Origin: an uncultured Anaerolineales bacterium
GTDB lineage: Bacteria; Chloroflexota; Anaerolineae; Anaerolineales; UBA11858
Direction of reading: 5' to 3'
DNA: 64,000 bases
Assembly: GCA_964618295.1 (NCBI GenBank)
Contig: CAZTWV010000012.1
Coordinates: 929 to 64,928, forward strand
Shown here: positions 30,772 to 39,415 of the stretch, piece after piece
Layout of the letters: each line of letters starts with the position of its first letter
Numbering within the stretch: the stretch's first letter is position 1
Notes under the pieces: model-generated
Seen by the model: the letters and a program-made list of their open reading frames with translations, nothing else
Database searches by the model: none
What the model was told of the DNA's origin: nothing
Made by a program: the position numbers and the translations under genes

Positions 30772-30990
30772 TCAGGCATCGATTCCCGGTGGTTTGATAC
30801 CGAGAATTTCTCTTGCCTGAACCACCTGATCTTCCCTGACCACCAGTTCTGAATACATGCTGTCACCCACATAGGATGAGGGAGATTTAATATGGGGAAC
30901 AACAACTGAAACAATTCCGTGTCCTTTTAATATCTGTTGATCGCGGTTTGCTTCAACTGTGGGCAGGATGTTTATAGTAATTGTTTTCAT
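30772..30990 (-). CDS. Small soluble protein, DUF2007-like (tentative)
   Basis: 72 aa with the pattern ...EA...L...GI...V.V.ED...A.EIL, reminiscent of the DUF2007/PII-like fold. No clear RBS (an A9 run sits upstream). Confidence 0.35.
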   Translation of the reverse strand: MKTITINILPTVEANRDQQILKGHGIVSVVVPHIKSPSSYVGDSMYSELVVREDQVVQAREILGIKPPGIDA

Positions 30991-31042
30991 AATTTTTTTT
31001 TGCTAAATCAAGATAGATAAAAAATGCCCAGTAAAGCGTGAT

Positions 31043-31720
31043 TTAGAACCCTCGTTTTTGTCCTTCCCAGGGGGGAGGATCCTGATTGAGATATTCATCC
31101 ACCCCCGGTCCTCCAAGCTTTCCAAGAAGCGATTGTCCGTAGATGTAGCTGGCGACAAGCACGACAATCAATGCCGGCCATCCGGTCAGGAGTTGAATGA
31201 TCCCCAGTGAGCTGGCTGAACCTTCCAGGAAAAAGTAGCCTTGAATCCCAAATTGAAGTCCGAAAAACACCATCCAGCCCCAGGTTACCTGATTATACGC
31301 TGGGCGAACCTTTGGATGCCAGTACCAGTCCAGCGGCCAACCCCGGGTCAGGTGGCTGCTGAAGCCTGCCAGCGGGCGTTGGGCAATAATGCTGACCAGC
31401 GCCAGAAGGAATGTGATCCCACTGGTGATCACTCCAGGAAGAAAAAAACCTTTCGGGGATTGTGAGACCCAGGCCAGAATACCAGCCAGGGCTGTAATCG
31501 CGGCTCCGCTGAGGGTGTACCCCAAAGCCTGTTTTTTCCAGGCCCGATAAGCCAGGAAAGCACCGGCAGAGATCAAAGCAATCAGCAGTGATATTTGCAG
31601 CGGGAGCAGTTCATGCAGGAGAGTGAATAACAGCGGGGGAAGGATCACATCCAACAGTGGGATGCGTCCGCTGAAAACTGATTTTATCTCCTGCAAAAGT
31701 TCATTAATTTTTGACATCAA
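31043..31720 (-). CDS. Polytopic membrane protein (DUF3159-like, tentative)
   Basis: 225 aa with 5-6 hydrophobic helices. No catalytic motifs recognised. Confidence 0.5.
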   Translation of the reverse strand: MMSKINELLQEIKSVFSGRIPLLDVILPPLLFTLLHELLPLQISLLIALISAGAFLAYRAWKKQALGYTLSGAAITALAGILAWVSQSPKGFFLPGVITSGITFLLALVSIIAQRPLAGFSSHLTRGWPLDWYWHPKVRPAYNQVTWGWMVFFGLQFGIQGYFFLEGSASSLGIIQLLTGWPALIVVLVASYIYGQSLLGKLGGPGVDEYLNQDPPPWEGQKRGF

Positions 31721-31763
31721 ACTGCTCCGGGTCTGGGTCTCACAAGGATTGATCAGGGGCGGT

Positions 31764-32549
31764 TTAGACTGGCGCCAGGGTTCCGGCGAAGATCTGCCAG
31801 GCCAGGGCGGTTTTTGCTACCAGACTCAAGACGATGTAAGCGCGTTCTCCAAAAAGATAATTTTTCCAGGGACCAACTTTCTTATACTGCAGGTACATAT
31901 TGACTGCAAAGCTGTTGAAGAACAAGAACAGAGAGACGATGATGGCGTAAACGAAGTTGGGCGGAGCGACATCATTAATCACAGCACTGCCGTACAGACT
32001 GACAGCCATTGCCAACCAGGGGATAATCCCGGCGATGCAGCCGTAAATAAACGAGGTCCAGCGCACTTTTTCCCGACCTTGATTGTCGTACTCCATCATG
32101 ATTCCGAACAGGTTCATCATCGCGTTGATCCCGAACAGCGCGATCAAGCTGATCAAATCCCAAATTCCAACCAGCATTGCAATCAGGACAATCATCAGGG
32201 ATGAGCTGAAAGCATATTCATAGAACCGAATTGGGTTCATATTTTTCTTCAGTTTTTCAACATAGGATTGATAACCGACGGTGGAGAGATAAAAATGCGC
32301 TACTGCTGATATCAGCAGGAAGGCACCCACGGCCGGGCCGAAACGGAGTTCATAAAAAAGATCCAGCCTGGGAACCAGTTGAAACTTCTCAATATTGAGC
32401 TCTAAAAAAGATGAATAAATCGGGTAGGTGCTGTCATTGCTGAGAATGATCATCGCCAACCCCTGGACCAGATGCAAAAAGCCCATGATGATATTAAACC
32501 TTCTCAGTCTGGGAAAAGTAAGTTTTGGATTTAAATTTTCCTGTGCCAT
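31764..32549 (-). CDS. Heliorhodopsin
   Basis: 261 aa, 7 TM. Near-identical blocks to the prototype heliorhodopsin as I remember it: RFYEYAFSSSLMIVLIA (counterion Glu), FIYGCIAGIIPW, FVYAIIVSLFLFFNSFAV, GERAYIVLSLVAKTALAWQIFAGTL (retinal Lys246, codon 31812-31814). Both conserved His residues are present (FLHLVQ, VAHFYL). AGGAG RBS. Confidence 0.9.
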   Translation of the reverse strand: MAQENLNPKLTFPRLRRFNIIMGFLHLVQGLAMIILSNDSTYPIYSSFLELNIEKFQLVPRLDLFYELRFGPAVGAFLLISAVAHFYLSTVGYQSYVEKLKKNMNPIRFYEYAFSSSLMIVLIAMLVGIWDLISLIALFGINAMMNLFGIMMEYDNQGREKVRWTSFIYGCIAGIIPWLAMAVSLYGSAVINDVAPPNFVYAIIVSLFLFFNSFAVNMYLQYKKVGPWKNYLFGERAYIVLSLVAKTALAWQIFAGTLAPV

Positions 32550-32584
32550 TTTTAACTCCTAGAATAAATTGGTTGGGGATATAT

Positions 32585-32911
32585 TCAAGCGTGCTTTCCC
32601 ATCCAGAACTGCTTCCAGTCACCTTCGCTCCGGGTGAGAGCCAGCAGTGTGTAGAGCGCTCCTGTGAAAAAACCAAGGGTCATCATTAAGATCACCCAGA
32701 TCCCTGCTGCGATAGGGGACTTTTCACGGTAAACAATCCAGATCGAGAAAAGCGTAAAACCGACGTACAAATCTACCAGGGAGACAATTCCCCAGGGATT
32801 GGAAAGAATTTTGGCCCCATCTTCTGAAAAATTGCCTACAGTAAAGCCGTAAATCAGGACTGCTGTCATGGCAATCACACCTAGCCAGGCGAGTAATTTT
32901 GCTATTTTCAT
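32585..32911 (-). CDS. Small 4-TM membrane protein (DUF1475-like, tentative)
   Basis: 108 aa with NPWGIVSLVDLYVGF and four hydrophobic segments. Lies 35 nt upstream of the heliorhodopsin gene on the same strand. Confidence 0.5.
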   Translation of the reverse strand: MKIAKLLAWLGVIAMTAVLIYGFTVGNFSEDGAKILSNPWGIVSLVDLYVGFTLFSIWIVYREKSPIAAGIWVILMMTLGFFTGALYTLLALTRSEGDWKQFWMGKHA

Positions 32912-32919
32912 TTTTCCTC

Positions 32920-33264
32920 CTAGAGCAGCAGCAAAGCACCGAAGACTATTTCAGTTCCGATGCTGATCCAGTTAGATGAAACTACGGATTTATCGACAAA
33001 CATGGACACCGTCCGGATCCCGGCAATCACCAGGTAGGTGATCCCCAGCATGGGATAGCTGACAGCGGGATCCAGGAAGAAGGCTGCGACAGCCAGGCCA
33101 ATGAAGACCCCGCCAAGAATTGAACGGATCTCAGTTATCCCCCGGCCCCCATCCGGGATTAACCCCGTAAAGCCCTGAATGCGTTTGGGAAAAACCAGGG
33201 AATAGAGGCCGGTCAATAAGGTTCCAAATAGGATAATTAGTTGAATGCCTTCTAGAATAGACAT
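32920..33264 (-). CDS. Small 4-TM membrane protein (unknown family)
   Basis: Hydrophobic ORF. The start is ATG 33264 (MSILEG) or 33300. Lies 8 nt from the next gene. Confidence 0.45.
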   Translation of the reverse strand: MSILEGIQLIILFGTLLTGLYSLVFPKRIQGFTGLIPDGGRGITEIRSILGGVFIGLAVAAFFLDPAVSYPMLGITYLVIAGIRTVSMFVDKSVVSSNWISIGTEIVFGALLLL

Positions 33265-33351
33265 CGTTTCCTCCTCAATGAGATTGCTTACTGCTTTCAT
33301 CCGCTCCCCCAGCAGCGGTCAGGTTCTTTTCGGTGATTTCATCAGTATAAA

Positions 33352-34194
33352 TTATCTATTGCTTTTTCCCTTGAAGGCAAAACCGATTGCGCCAGGACCC
33401 AGATGTGTACCCAGGACGGGTGTGACATTGACTGAAATTGGAAAGTTTTGATCCGGAATGAAGGATTTAACTTTTTCCCACAGCTCCTGGGCAGCCTGGG
33501 GAGCATTGGTGTGGACAAGCGCGAATTCTTCTATGGGCCCGAGATGTTTAATGGTATCGATTAACTTTTGGATCGCTTTGGTTTGGGTTCTGACCAGTTC
33601 TGAGGCCGGTTTTCCAAGGTTCATTTTAAGGATGGGTTTAACATGCAGAATACTGCCGATCCCGGCGACAATCCTTGACATCCGCCCGCTGCGGCGGAGA
33701 TAATCCAGGGTGTCAAGGGCAGCAAAGACGTAAAGATGCTTTTCGCGGTTTTTGAGCTCGCTGACAATGGATTCCAAGGATTCACCTTTCTGGGCAGCCC
33801 GGGCTGCGTACAGGACCTGGAAGCCAAGACCCATACTCAGCTGACCGGAATCCAGAACAACCACCGGGATTGGAGCCCGCTCGGCAGCTTTTCGAGCCAC
33901 ATCGACGGTGGCACTTAATGCTTCTGAGATGTGGAGGGAGATAATCTGATCTGCTCCCTGATCTGCCAGTTTTTGATATAGATCCAGGACGGCTTCAATG
34001 CTGGGGGTGGCTGTTGTTGGAGGTATTTCCGAGTCAGGAAGCATCTCATAAAATTCCTTTCGGCTAATCTCCACTCCGTCAATATACCCCCGATCTTTGA
34101 AATTTATGTAAAGGGGAATGAGGGATATGTCGTATTTTTCCAAATATTCCCGGGGAAGGTCACTGGTGCTGTCGGTTACAATTTTGATTGTCAT
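33352..34194 (-). CDS. DegV-family fatty-acid-binding protein
   Basis: MTIKIVTDSTSDLP...YDISLIPLYI N-terminus, SGQLSMG and LVHTNAP blocks typical of DegV/FakB. The start is taken at the internal ATG 34194. Confidence 0.85.
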   Translation of the reverse strand: MTIKIVTDSTSDLPREYLEKYDISLIPLYINFKDRGYIDGVEISRKEFYEMLPDSEIPPTTATPSIEAVLDLYQKLADQGADQIISLHISEALSATVDVARKAAERAPIPVVVLDSGQLSMGLGFQVLYAARAAQKGESLESIVSELKNREKHLYVFAALDTLDYLRRSGRMSRIVAGIGSILHVKPILKMNLGKPASELVRTQTKAIQKLIDTIKHLGPIEEFALVHTNAPQAAQELWEKVKSFIPDQNFPISVNVTPVLGTHLGPGAIGFAFKGKSNR

Positions 34195-34234
34195 GGCAGT
34201 TCCTTGAATGATGTTTGTAAACTCCATTGCAGGT

Positions 34235-34263
34235 ATGGTAGTTGATCTGACTGAATTTGTCAA
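34235..34263 (-). promoter_or_regulatory. Candidate promoter for the DegV-heliorhodopsin cluster (minus strand TTGACA-17 nt-TACCAT)
   Basis: On the minus strand, TTGACA is the complement of 34258-34263 and TACCAT the complement of 34235-34240, about 40 nt upstream of the DegV ATG. Confidence 0.5.
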
Positions 34264-34290
34264 GTATATGGGCAAAATATATCCAAAAGC

Positions 34291-34319
34291 TTGACAATAA
34301 TCTCGAGTAAAGGTAAACT
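34291..34319 (+). promoter_or_regulatory. Candidate promoter for the CarH-like regulator (TTGACA-17 nt-TAAACT)
   Basis: TTGACA 34291-34296 and TAAACT 34314-34319. Its -35 and the divergent -35 form an 8-bp inverted repeat, TTGTCAAG (34257-34264) / CTTGACAA (34290-34297). Confidence 0.55.
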
Positions 34320-34419
34320 AATCCTTGAATTCCCCTTATATAGATGCGGAAAAAGGATTAAAAATTACTTAGAAAATCTGGAAAATAAATATTTCAAGAT
34401 TTTTGAAGGATACGACAAA

Positions 34420-35757
34420 ATGGCACACGACAGAGAATTAGCGACATTCAATCTGGGGGTTGTTCTGCAGGAAACCGGGATCAATCCCGACACACTCCGG
34501 GCCTGGGAGCGCAGGTATGGTCTTCCCTTGCCGGAGCGGTCGGATGGCGGACACCGGCTGTACTCTGAGCGGGATATTGACACAGTCAAGTGGCTCCTGG
34601 AGCGTCAAAAAGAGGGGATGCGAATTGGACAGGCTGTCACCCTGTGGAAAAAGATATCCAACCAGGGAGACGATCCGTTTCTGGAGTATCCCTTACATGG
34701 AGCGGAGATGGAAAATTTTCTTGAATTTGAAGACAGCAAAAATACTGGAACGGATGAAATGTTTTCGATGGTTCGTGAGGCATGGCTGGATGCTGCCCTG
34801 GCGTTTCAAGAAGAAAAAGCTGAACAGATACTAACGGAAGCCTTTGCTCGATACTCTCTGGAAGATGTTTGGGAAGAGGTTTTGGTTAAGGGGTTGGAGA
34901 AAATTGGGGACAGCTGGTATGGAGGGGATGTTACAGTCCAGCAGGAGCATTTTGCGACCTCACTGGTGATTCAACGTTTGCACAGTTTAATCGAAGCTGC
35001 TCCACCTCCGATTCGAAAAGAGGTAATCACGGTAGCCTGTCCTCCGGGGGAAGAGCACACTCTGGCTCCCCTCTTGATCACTTTATTTCTGAGAAGAAAA
35101 GGGTATCCAGTGATTTATCTGGGAGCCAATGTTCCCCTAGCCAATCTGGAAAAATCATTAGAAAAGACCGGGTCGAAGATCATCATCCTGACTGCCCAGA
35201 TTCTGGAAACCGGTATGTCCCTGGTGCAAACGGCCCAGCGCTTAACCCAATCTGGATACCGGGTAGGGTATGGAGGTCGGATATTTAATTTGTTTCCTGA
35301 GCTCAGAAACCGGGTTCCCGGGATATACCTGGGACAGCGCTTAAGTGGTGTGGGAAACACCATTCAGGATTTGATCCAAAAACAGAGCGCTGAAGATTTC
35401 GAGAATATTGATATGCCTGAAAAATATCAAATTCTCTTGGAAGAGTTTGAAAAAATCGAATATAAAGTTTGGGACCGTTTGCGGGAACGATCAGAAACTT
35501 TTGATTTGACCAGGAACGAAATAGATTTTATCAACGGGAAATTGAATCAAGCTATCAAAGCCAGCCTATATCTGGGAGATATTCAGTACCTGGCAGTAGA
35601 ATTGAATTGGTTGGGAAATCTTTTGAAAAGCCGGAAAATATCCAATGACCAGCTAAAAAAATACCTCACTGAGACAGCTGGCATTCACCGGGAGCTGCTG
35701 GATAATGGAGAAAATTTGATTATCAATACTCTTATGGAAGCTGGTTCTGAGATTTGA
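34420..35757 (+). CDS. MerR-family regulator with a cobalamin-binding domain (CarH/LitR-like light sensor) and an extra C-terminal helical domain
   Basis: MerR HTH (FNLGVVLQETGINPDTLRAWERRYGLP...GGHRLYSERDI). Wx9EH motif (WYGGDVTVQQEH, W codon 34915, EH 34945-34950). B12 lower-ligand motif GEEHTLAP (His codon 35056-35058) followed by a Rossmann-like KIIILTAQ...GYGGRIF. About 130 extra residues sit at the C-terminus. Confidence 0.8.
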   Translation: MAHDRELATFNLGVVLQETGINPDTLRAWERRYGLPLPERSDGGHRLYSERDIDTVKWLLERQKEGMRIGQAVTLWKKISNQGDDPFLEYPLHGAEMENFLEFEDSKNTGTDEMFSMVREAWLDAALAFQEEKAEQILTEAFARYSLEDVWEEVLVKGLEKIGDSWYGGDVTVQQEHFATSLVIQRLHSLIEAAPPPIRKEVITVACPPGEEHTLAPLLITLFLRRKGYPVIYLGANVPLANLEKSLEKTGSKIIILTAQILETGMSLVQTAQRLTQSGYRVGYGGRIFNLFPELRNRVPGIYLGQRLSGVGNTIQDLIQKQSAEDFENIDMPEKYQILLEEFEKIEYKVWDRLRERSETFDLTRNEIDFINGKLNQAIKASLYLGDIQYLAVELNWLGNLLKSRKISNDQLKKYLTETAGIHRELLDNGENLIINTLMEAGSEI

Positions 35758-35819
35758 TGGATATCTATTACTGAAGTCCCTGTCGAACGCTGAGATAGTA
35801 TCTACCCCTGGGAGGGATT

Positions 35820-36806
35820 ATGAGAGCTGAAAAAATTGCAGGCAGCGGCCGAAAAAAAATTGGTATCGTTGGAACCGGTTTTGTGGGGAGTACGGCGGCT
35901 TATGCGATGGTTTTACAGGGGGTCGGGCGGGAAATTGTCCTGGTTGATATTGACAAGCAGCGGGCAAAGGCTGAGGCTGCGGATATTCTCCATGCTGTTC
36001 CATTTGGAACTGCACACCTTGTCACAGCCGGTGATTACAAAGATTTAGTGGGAGCTCAGGTTGTGATTATTACCGCGGGCAGTGCTCAAAAACCCGGGGA
36101 ATCCCGCTTGGATCTTCTGGAAAGAAATGCTGCAATCATGAAAGACATTGTCCACCGGGTACTGGAGGTTGCACCCGAGACAATCCTGCTGATCACCACC
36201 AATCCGGTCGATGTGATCACCCATCTTGCCGCGGAATATGCAGCTGAGCTAGGGATGCCAAAAACCAGGGTGATGGGGTCTGGAACAACCCTGGATACGG
36301 CTCGTTTTCGAGCATTATTAGGGCAGTACCTGGAGGTCGATTTCCGGCACATTCATGGATATGTGCTGGGAGAACATGGCGACTCGGAAATGCTGACCTG
36401 GTCTCTGGTTTCGATAAGCGGCATACCGCTGGATCAATACTGTGAGCAGTGCCAGATCAAAGTGGATCAGGAAGTCAAAAACCGGATTGTACATGAAGTT
36501 CGGGATGCCGCCTATGAAATAATTGACGGCAAAGGGGCAACTTATTACGGAATTGGGGGGGCTCTGGCACGAATTGTGGAAACGATTCTGAGTGATCATC
36601 GCTCCATTTTGACTGTTTGCACACCGGTGGAAGAGATTTGTGGGGTTAAAGAGGTAACAATTGCCCTCCCCAACCACCTCGGGGCGGAGGGAATCATTAA
36701 GACTCTTATCCCCCCCTTATCTCCCAAGGAACAGGATCTGCTGGCGGCCAGTGCCAGCCTGATAAAGGACGAAATTGAAACCTACAAAGCAGCAGTGGGC
36801 GATTAA
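35820..36806 (+). CDS. ldh: L-lactate dehydrogenase
   Basis: IGIVGTGFVGSTAAY Rossmann motif. ITAGSAQKPGESRLDLL has Gln at the substrate-specificity position, which is LDH-type rather than MDH-type. Catalytic GEHGDS. Confidence 0.82.
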   Translation: MRAEKIAGSGRKKIGIVGTGFVGSTAAYAMVLQGVGREIVLVDIDKQRAKAEAADILHAVPFGTAHLVTAGDYKDLVGAQVVIITAGSAQKPGESRLDLLERNAAIMKDIVHRVLEVAPETILLITTNPVDVITHLAAEYAAELGMPKTRVMGSGTTLDTARFRALLGQYLEVDFRHIHGYVLGEHGDSEMLTWSLVSISGIPLDQYCEQCQIKVDQEVKNRIVHEVRDAAYEIIDGKGATYYGIGGALARIVETILSDHRSILTVCTPVEEICGVKEVTIALPNHLGAEGIIKTLIPPLSPKEQDLLAASASLIKDEIETYKAAVGD

Positions 36807-36929
36807 ACTGTTCTGAAAGGTGTGTCATTGATGATGAAAAACAATCTGATGTTAAGCTTTTTGAGATCTGTATTTTTATCTTCCTGCGTGTTCTGGACCG
36901 GAATCGCGATTTAATAAAGGGGGATTGAT

Positions 36930-38399
36930 TTGAAGCCTGTTGGAGTGATTGGAGCCGGGATTGGCGGATTAGCAGCCGCCGCTTCTCTCTCAACAGCTGG
37001 AATTCCTGTCCAGGTCTTTGAAGCCCATATGTATCCAGGAGGATGCGCCGGAACATTTTTTCACCGCGGCTACCGTTTTGATGCCGGGGCAACCCTTGCC
37101 GGTGGCTTTGGGAAGGGGGGACCGATGGAGCGGGTTCGGCAGTTGTTGGACCTGGATTTAACGGGGCGGGAATCGGCTTTACCTCTCCGGGTCCATTTGC
37201 CGGATGGAACAATCGTAAACCGCTGGAGCGAAGCAGACAGCTGGAGAAGAGAACGAATTGAAAAATTTGGACTGGAAACGGAAACATTCTGGAACTGGCA
37301 GGAAAAACGGGCCAGCCAGCTCTGGTCCCTGACGGATTTCGATCTTCCCTGGCCCCCGCAAAAACTGACTGATTATCTGGAGCTGCTGGAGATTGGAGGG
37401 AAGTGGCTCTGGAAAACTCCAGGTTCCCTGACTGTGGTTGGAGATGCATTCCGTCCCGTACGGCACCATAATCAAAATCAATCCGATGCTTTCCAGCAGT
37501 ATCTGGATGGACAGCTGCTGATCTCTTCCCAGGCACCCAGCTGCAGGGCCAATGCACTCTTCGGAGCGGCTGCCTTAGATCTGTATAACACAGGGGTATT
37601 ACATTTCCAGGGTGGGATGGGGGCAATTGCCCACAGCCTTGCAGATGCAGTTCGAAAAAGGGGAGGGGAAATTCATTACCGGCACCGGGTGCACCAGGTA
37701 GAAAAAACAAGCAGTGGGTTTCGTATAGGAATTTATGGGAAGGAAGACTTTTTTTACCGGGATGTGGTGTTTAATCTCAATCCCTGGGGGGTGAGGAAGC
37801 TGGCCGAGTTTCCACTTCCGCGGCGTTTTCGGACTATTCCCAACCAACCTGAAAAAGGTTGGGGAGCGTTTATAGTTTATGTTGGTTTCCCGGCTGACCT
37901 GGTACCTGAGGATTTTCCCCTTCATCACCAGATCCTGACAGATTTTCCACCGGGAGAAAGGTACTCAGTTTTTCTCTCCCTCAGCCCAGCCTGGGATGCA
38001 GGACGAGCCCCCGGAGGCCGGCGGGCATTGACAATCAGCACTCACACGAAATTAAAACAATGGTGGAATTCAGCAGGTGAAATCAATCTGGATCATGAGC
38101 AGCTGCGAAGGGAGTTTCTTGACTTTACGCTGGATGCTGCCGAACGGGTCATCCCGGGTCTGCGGGAAAATGCTGAACTAACACTTTCCGGCACCCCAGC
38201 TGCATTTCAGCGATTTACCGGCAGGCCGTTTGGATGGGTGGGGGGATTTCCGCAGGTGGACTTGTTCCAGAATTGGGGCGCGCGGATTCAAAAAGGAGCC
38301 TGGATGGTCGGTGACAGCATATTTCCCGGTCAATCCGTTCCAGCCGCAGCGCTGGGAGGAATTCGGGTTGCAAAGCAAATCCTGAAGGGTATAAAATGA
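36930..38399 (+). CDS. Phytoene-desaturase-family FAD-dependent oxidoreductase (CrtD/CrtI-like)
   Basis: VGVIGAGIGGLAAA dinucleotide fold, GGCAGTF..GYRFDAGATL, C-terminal GDSIFPGQSVPAAALGG. TTG start after AAAGGGGGA. Confidence 0.72.
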   Translation: MKPVGVIGAGIGGLAAAASLSTAGIPVQVFEAHMYPGGCAGTFFHRGYRFDAGATLAGGFGKGGPMERVRQLLDLDLTGRESALPLRVHLPDGTIVNRWSEADSWRRERIEKFGLETETFWNWQEKRASQLWSLTDFDLPWPPQKLTDYLELLEIGGKWLWKTPGSLTVVGDAFRPVRHHNQNQSDAFQQYLDGQLLISSQAPSCRANALFGAAALDLYNTGVLHFQGGMGAIAHSLADAVRKRGGEIHYRHRVHQVEKTSSGFRIGIYGKEDFFYRDVVFNLNPWGVRKLAEFPLPRRFRTIPNQPEKGWGAFIVYVGFPADLVPEDFPLHHQILTDFPPGERYSVFLSLSPAWDAGRAPGGRRALTISTHTKLKQWWNSAGEINLDHEQLRREFLDFTLDAAERVIPGLRENAELTLSGTPAAFQRFTGRPFGWVGGFPQVDLFQNWGARIQKGAWMVGDSIFPGQSVPAAALGGIRVAKQILKGIK

Positions 38400-38414
38400 T
38401 AGGAAGTGAATGAC

Positions 38415-39371
38415 ATGAAAAACAATAAATGGTTATGGATCGGCACGATTGTTTTATTAATCCTGGTAGTCGGCCCGTTTTTGATCCCGGTGGGAACAGT
38501 GGGAGAAATCGATGACCCGAAGAGCCTGGCGGATCCAGACAGCCAGTTTATCCCGGTCAGCGGGTTGGATCTGCATTATAAATTGGCTGGAGAAGGCTCC
38601 CCGGTTTTTGTGCTTTTGCATGGCTTTGGAGCCAGCACCTACAGCTGGCGTTCTGTGGTAGAAGATTTAGCACAGGCCGGTACTGTCATTACCTATGACC
38701 GTCCGGGATTTGGATTGACTGAAAGACCGCTGGTCTGGGAAGGCGAGAACCCTTACAGTCCGGACGCACAGGTTGATATTGTCCTGGAATTAATGGATGA
38801 ATTAGATCTTGAGGAAGCTATCCTGGTCGGTAACTCTGCCGGTGGGACTGTGGCCTTGAACACAGCACTGTCAGCTCCCTCGCAGGTTTCTGCTTTGATC
38901 CTGGTAGATGCTGCGGTGTACGCCGGAGGAGGCTCTCCAGCCTGGGTCCGTCCCTTGCTTTTCACCCCGCAGCTGGACCATCTGGGTCCGCTTCTGGCCC
39001 GGACGATCTCTAACCGGGGGGATCAATTTATTATGAATTCCTGGCATCAACCCCAACGAATTCCTGATCAGGTCTTTATCAATTACCGGAAGCCCCTCCA
39101 GATAAAGAATTGGGATCGGGCGCTCTGGGAGCTGACAAAATCGAGCTACCCTCTCAATCTTGACCAGCGCTTGACCGAGCTTTCCGTTCCGACCCTGGTG
39201 ATTACCGGGGATGACGACCGGATTGTGCCCACCGAGGACAGCATTCGCCTCGCTTCGGAAATTCCAGGTGCAGACCTTGCAGTGATTGAGAACTGCGGAC
39301 ATTTACCGCAAGAGGAGTGCCCGGCTGAGTTTCTGGAAGCTGTTTTTGGGTTTGTATCAGAAACCCCTTAA
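38415..39371 (+). CDS. Alpha/beta hydrolase
   Basis: HGFGAS oxyanion region, nucleophile elbow GNSAGG, C-terminal GDDDRIV...CGHLPQEE (Asp and His). N-terminal TM anchor. GTG 38406 is an alternative start. Confidence 0.8.
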   Translation: MKNNKWLWIGTIVLLILVVGPFLIPVGTVGEIDDPKSLADPDSQFIPVSGLDLHYKLAGEGSPVFVLLHGFGASTYSWRSVVEDLAQAGTVITYDRPGFGLTERPLVWEGENPYSPDAQVDIVLELMDELDLEEAILVGNSAGGTVALNTALSAPSQVSALILVDAAVYAGGGSPAWVRPLLFTPQLDHLGPLLARTISNRGDQFIMNSWHQPQRIPDQVFINYRKPLQIKNWDRALWELTKSSYPLNLDQRLTELSVPTLVITGDDDRIVPTEDSIRLASEIPGADLAVIENCGHLPQEECPAEFLEAVFGFVSETP

Positions 39372-39415
39372 AGCTTTTGGCTTGGAGTGGATTGAAAAAA
39401 GGGGAGAGGAGAGTA

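Noticed and set aside
30693-30914. 73-aa minus-strand ORF overlapping the DUF2007-like ORF
   Set aside because: It overlaps the alternative 72-aa ORF in another frame, and neither has a strong RBS. I kept the one with a recognisable fold-like pattern at low confidence only.
36706-37710. 334-aa minus-strand ORF, the longest unassigned ORF in the track
   Set aside because: It lies entirely antisense to the well-supported CrtD/CrtI-family gene and the end of ldh. Its translation is low-complexity (Pro/Ser/Arg/Gly-rich) with no motif. It is a typical shadow ORF.
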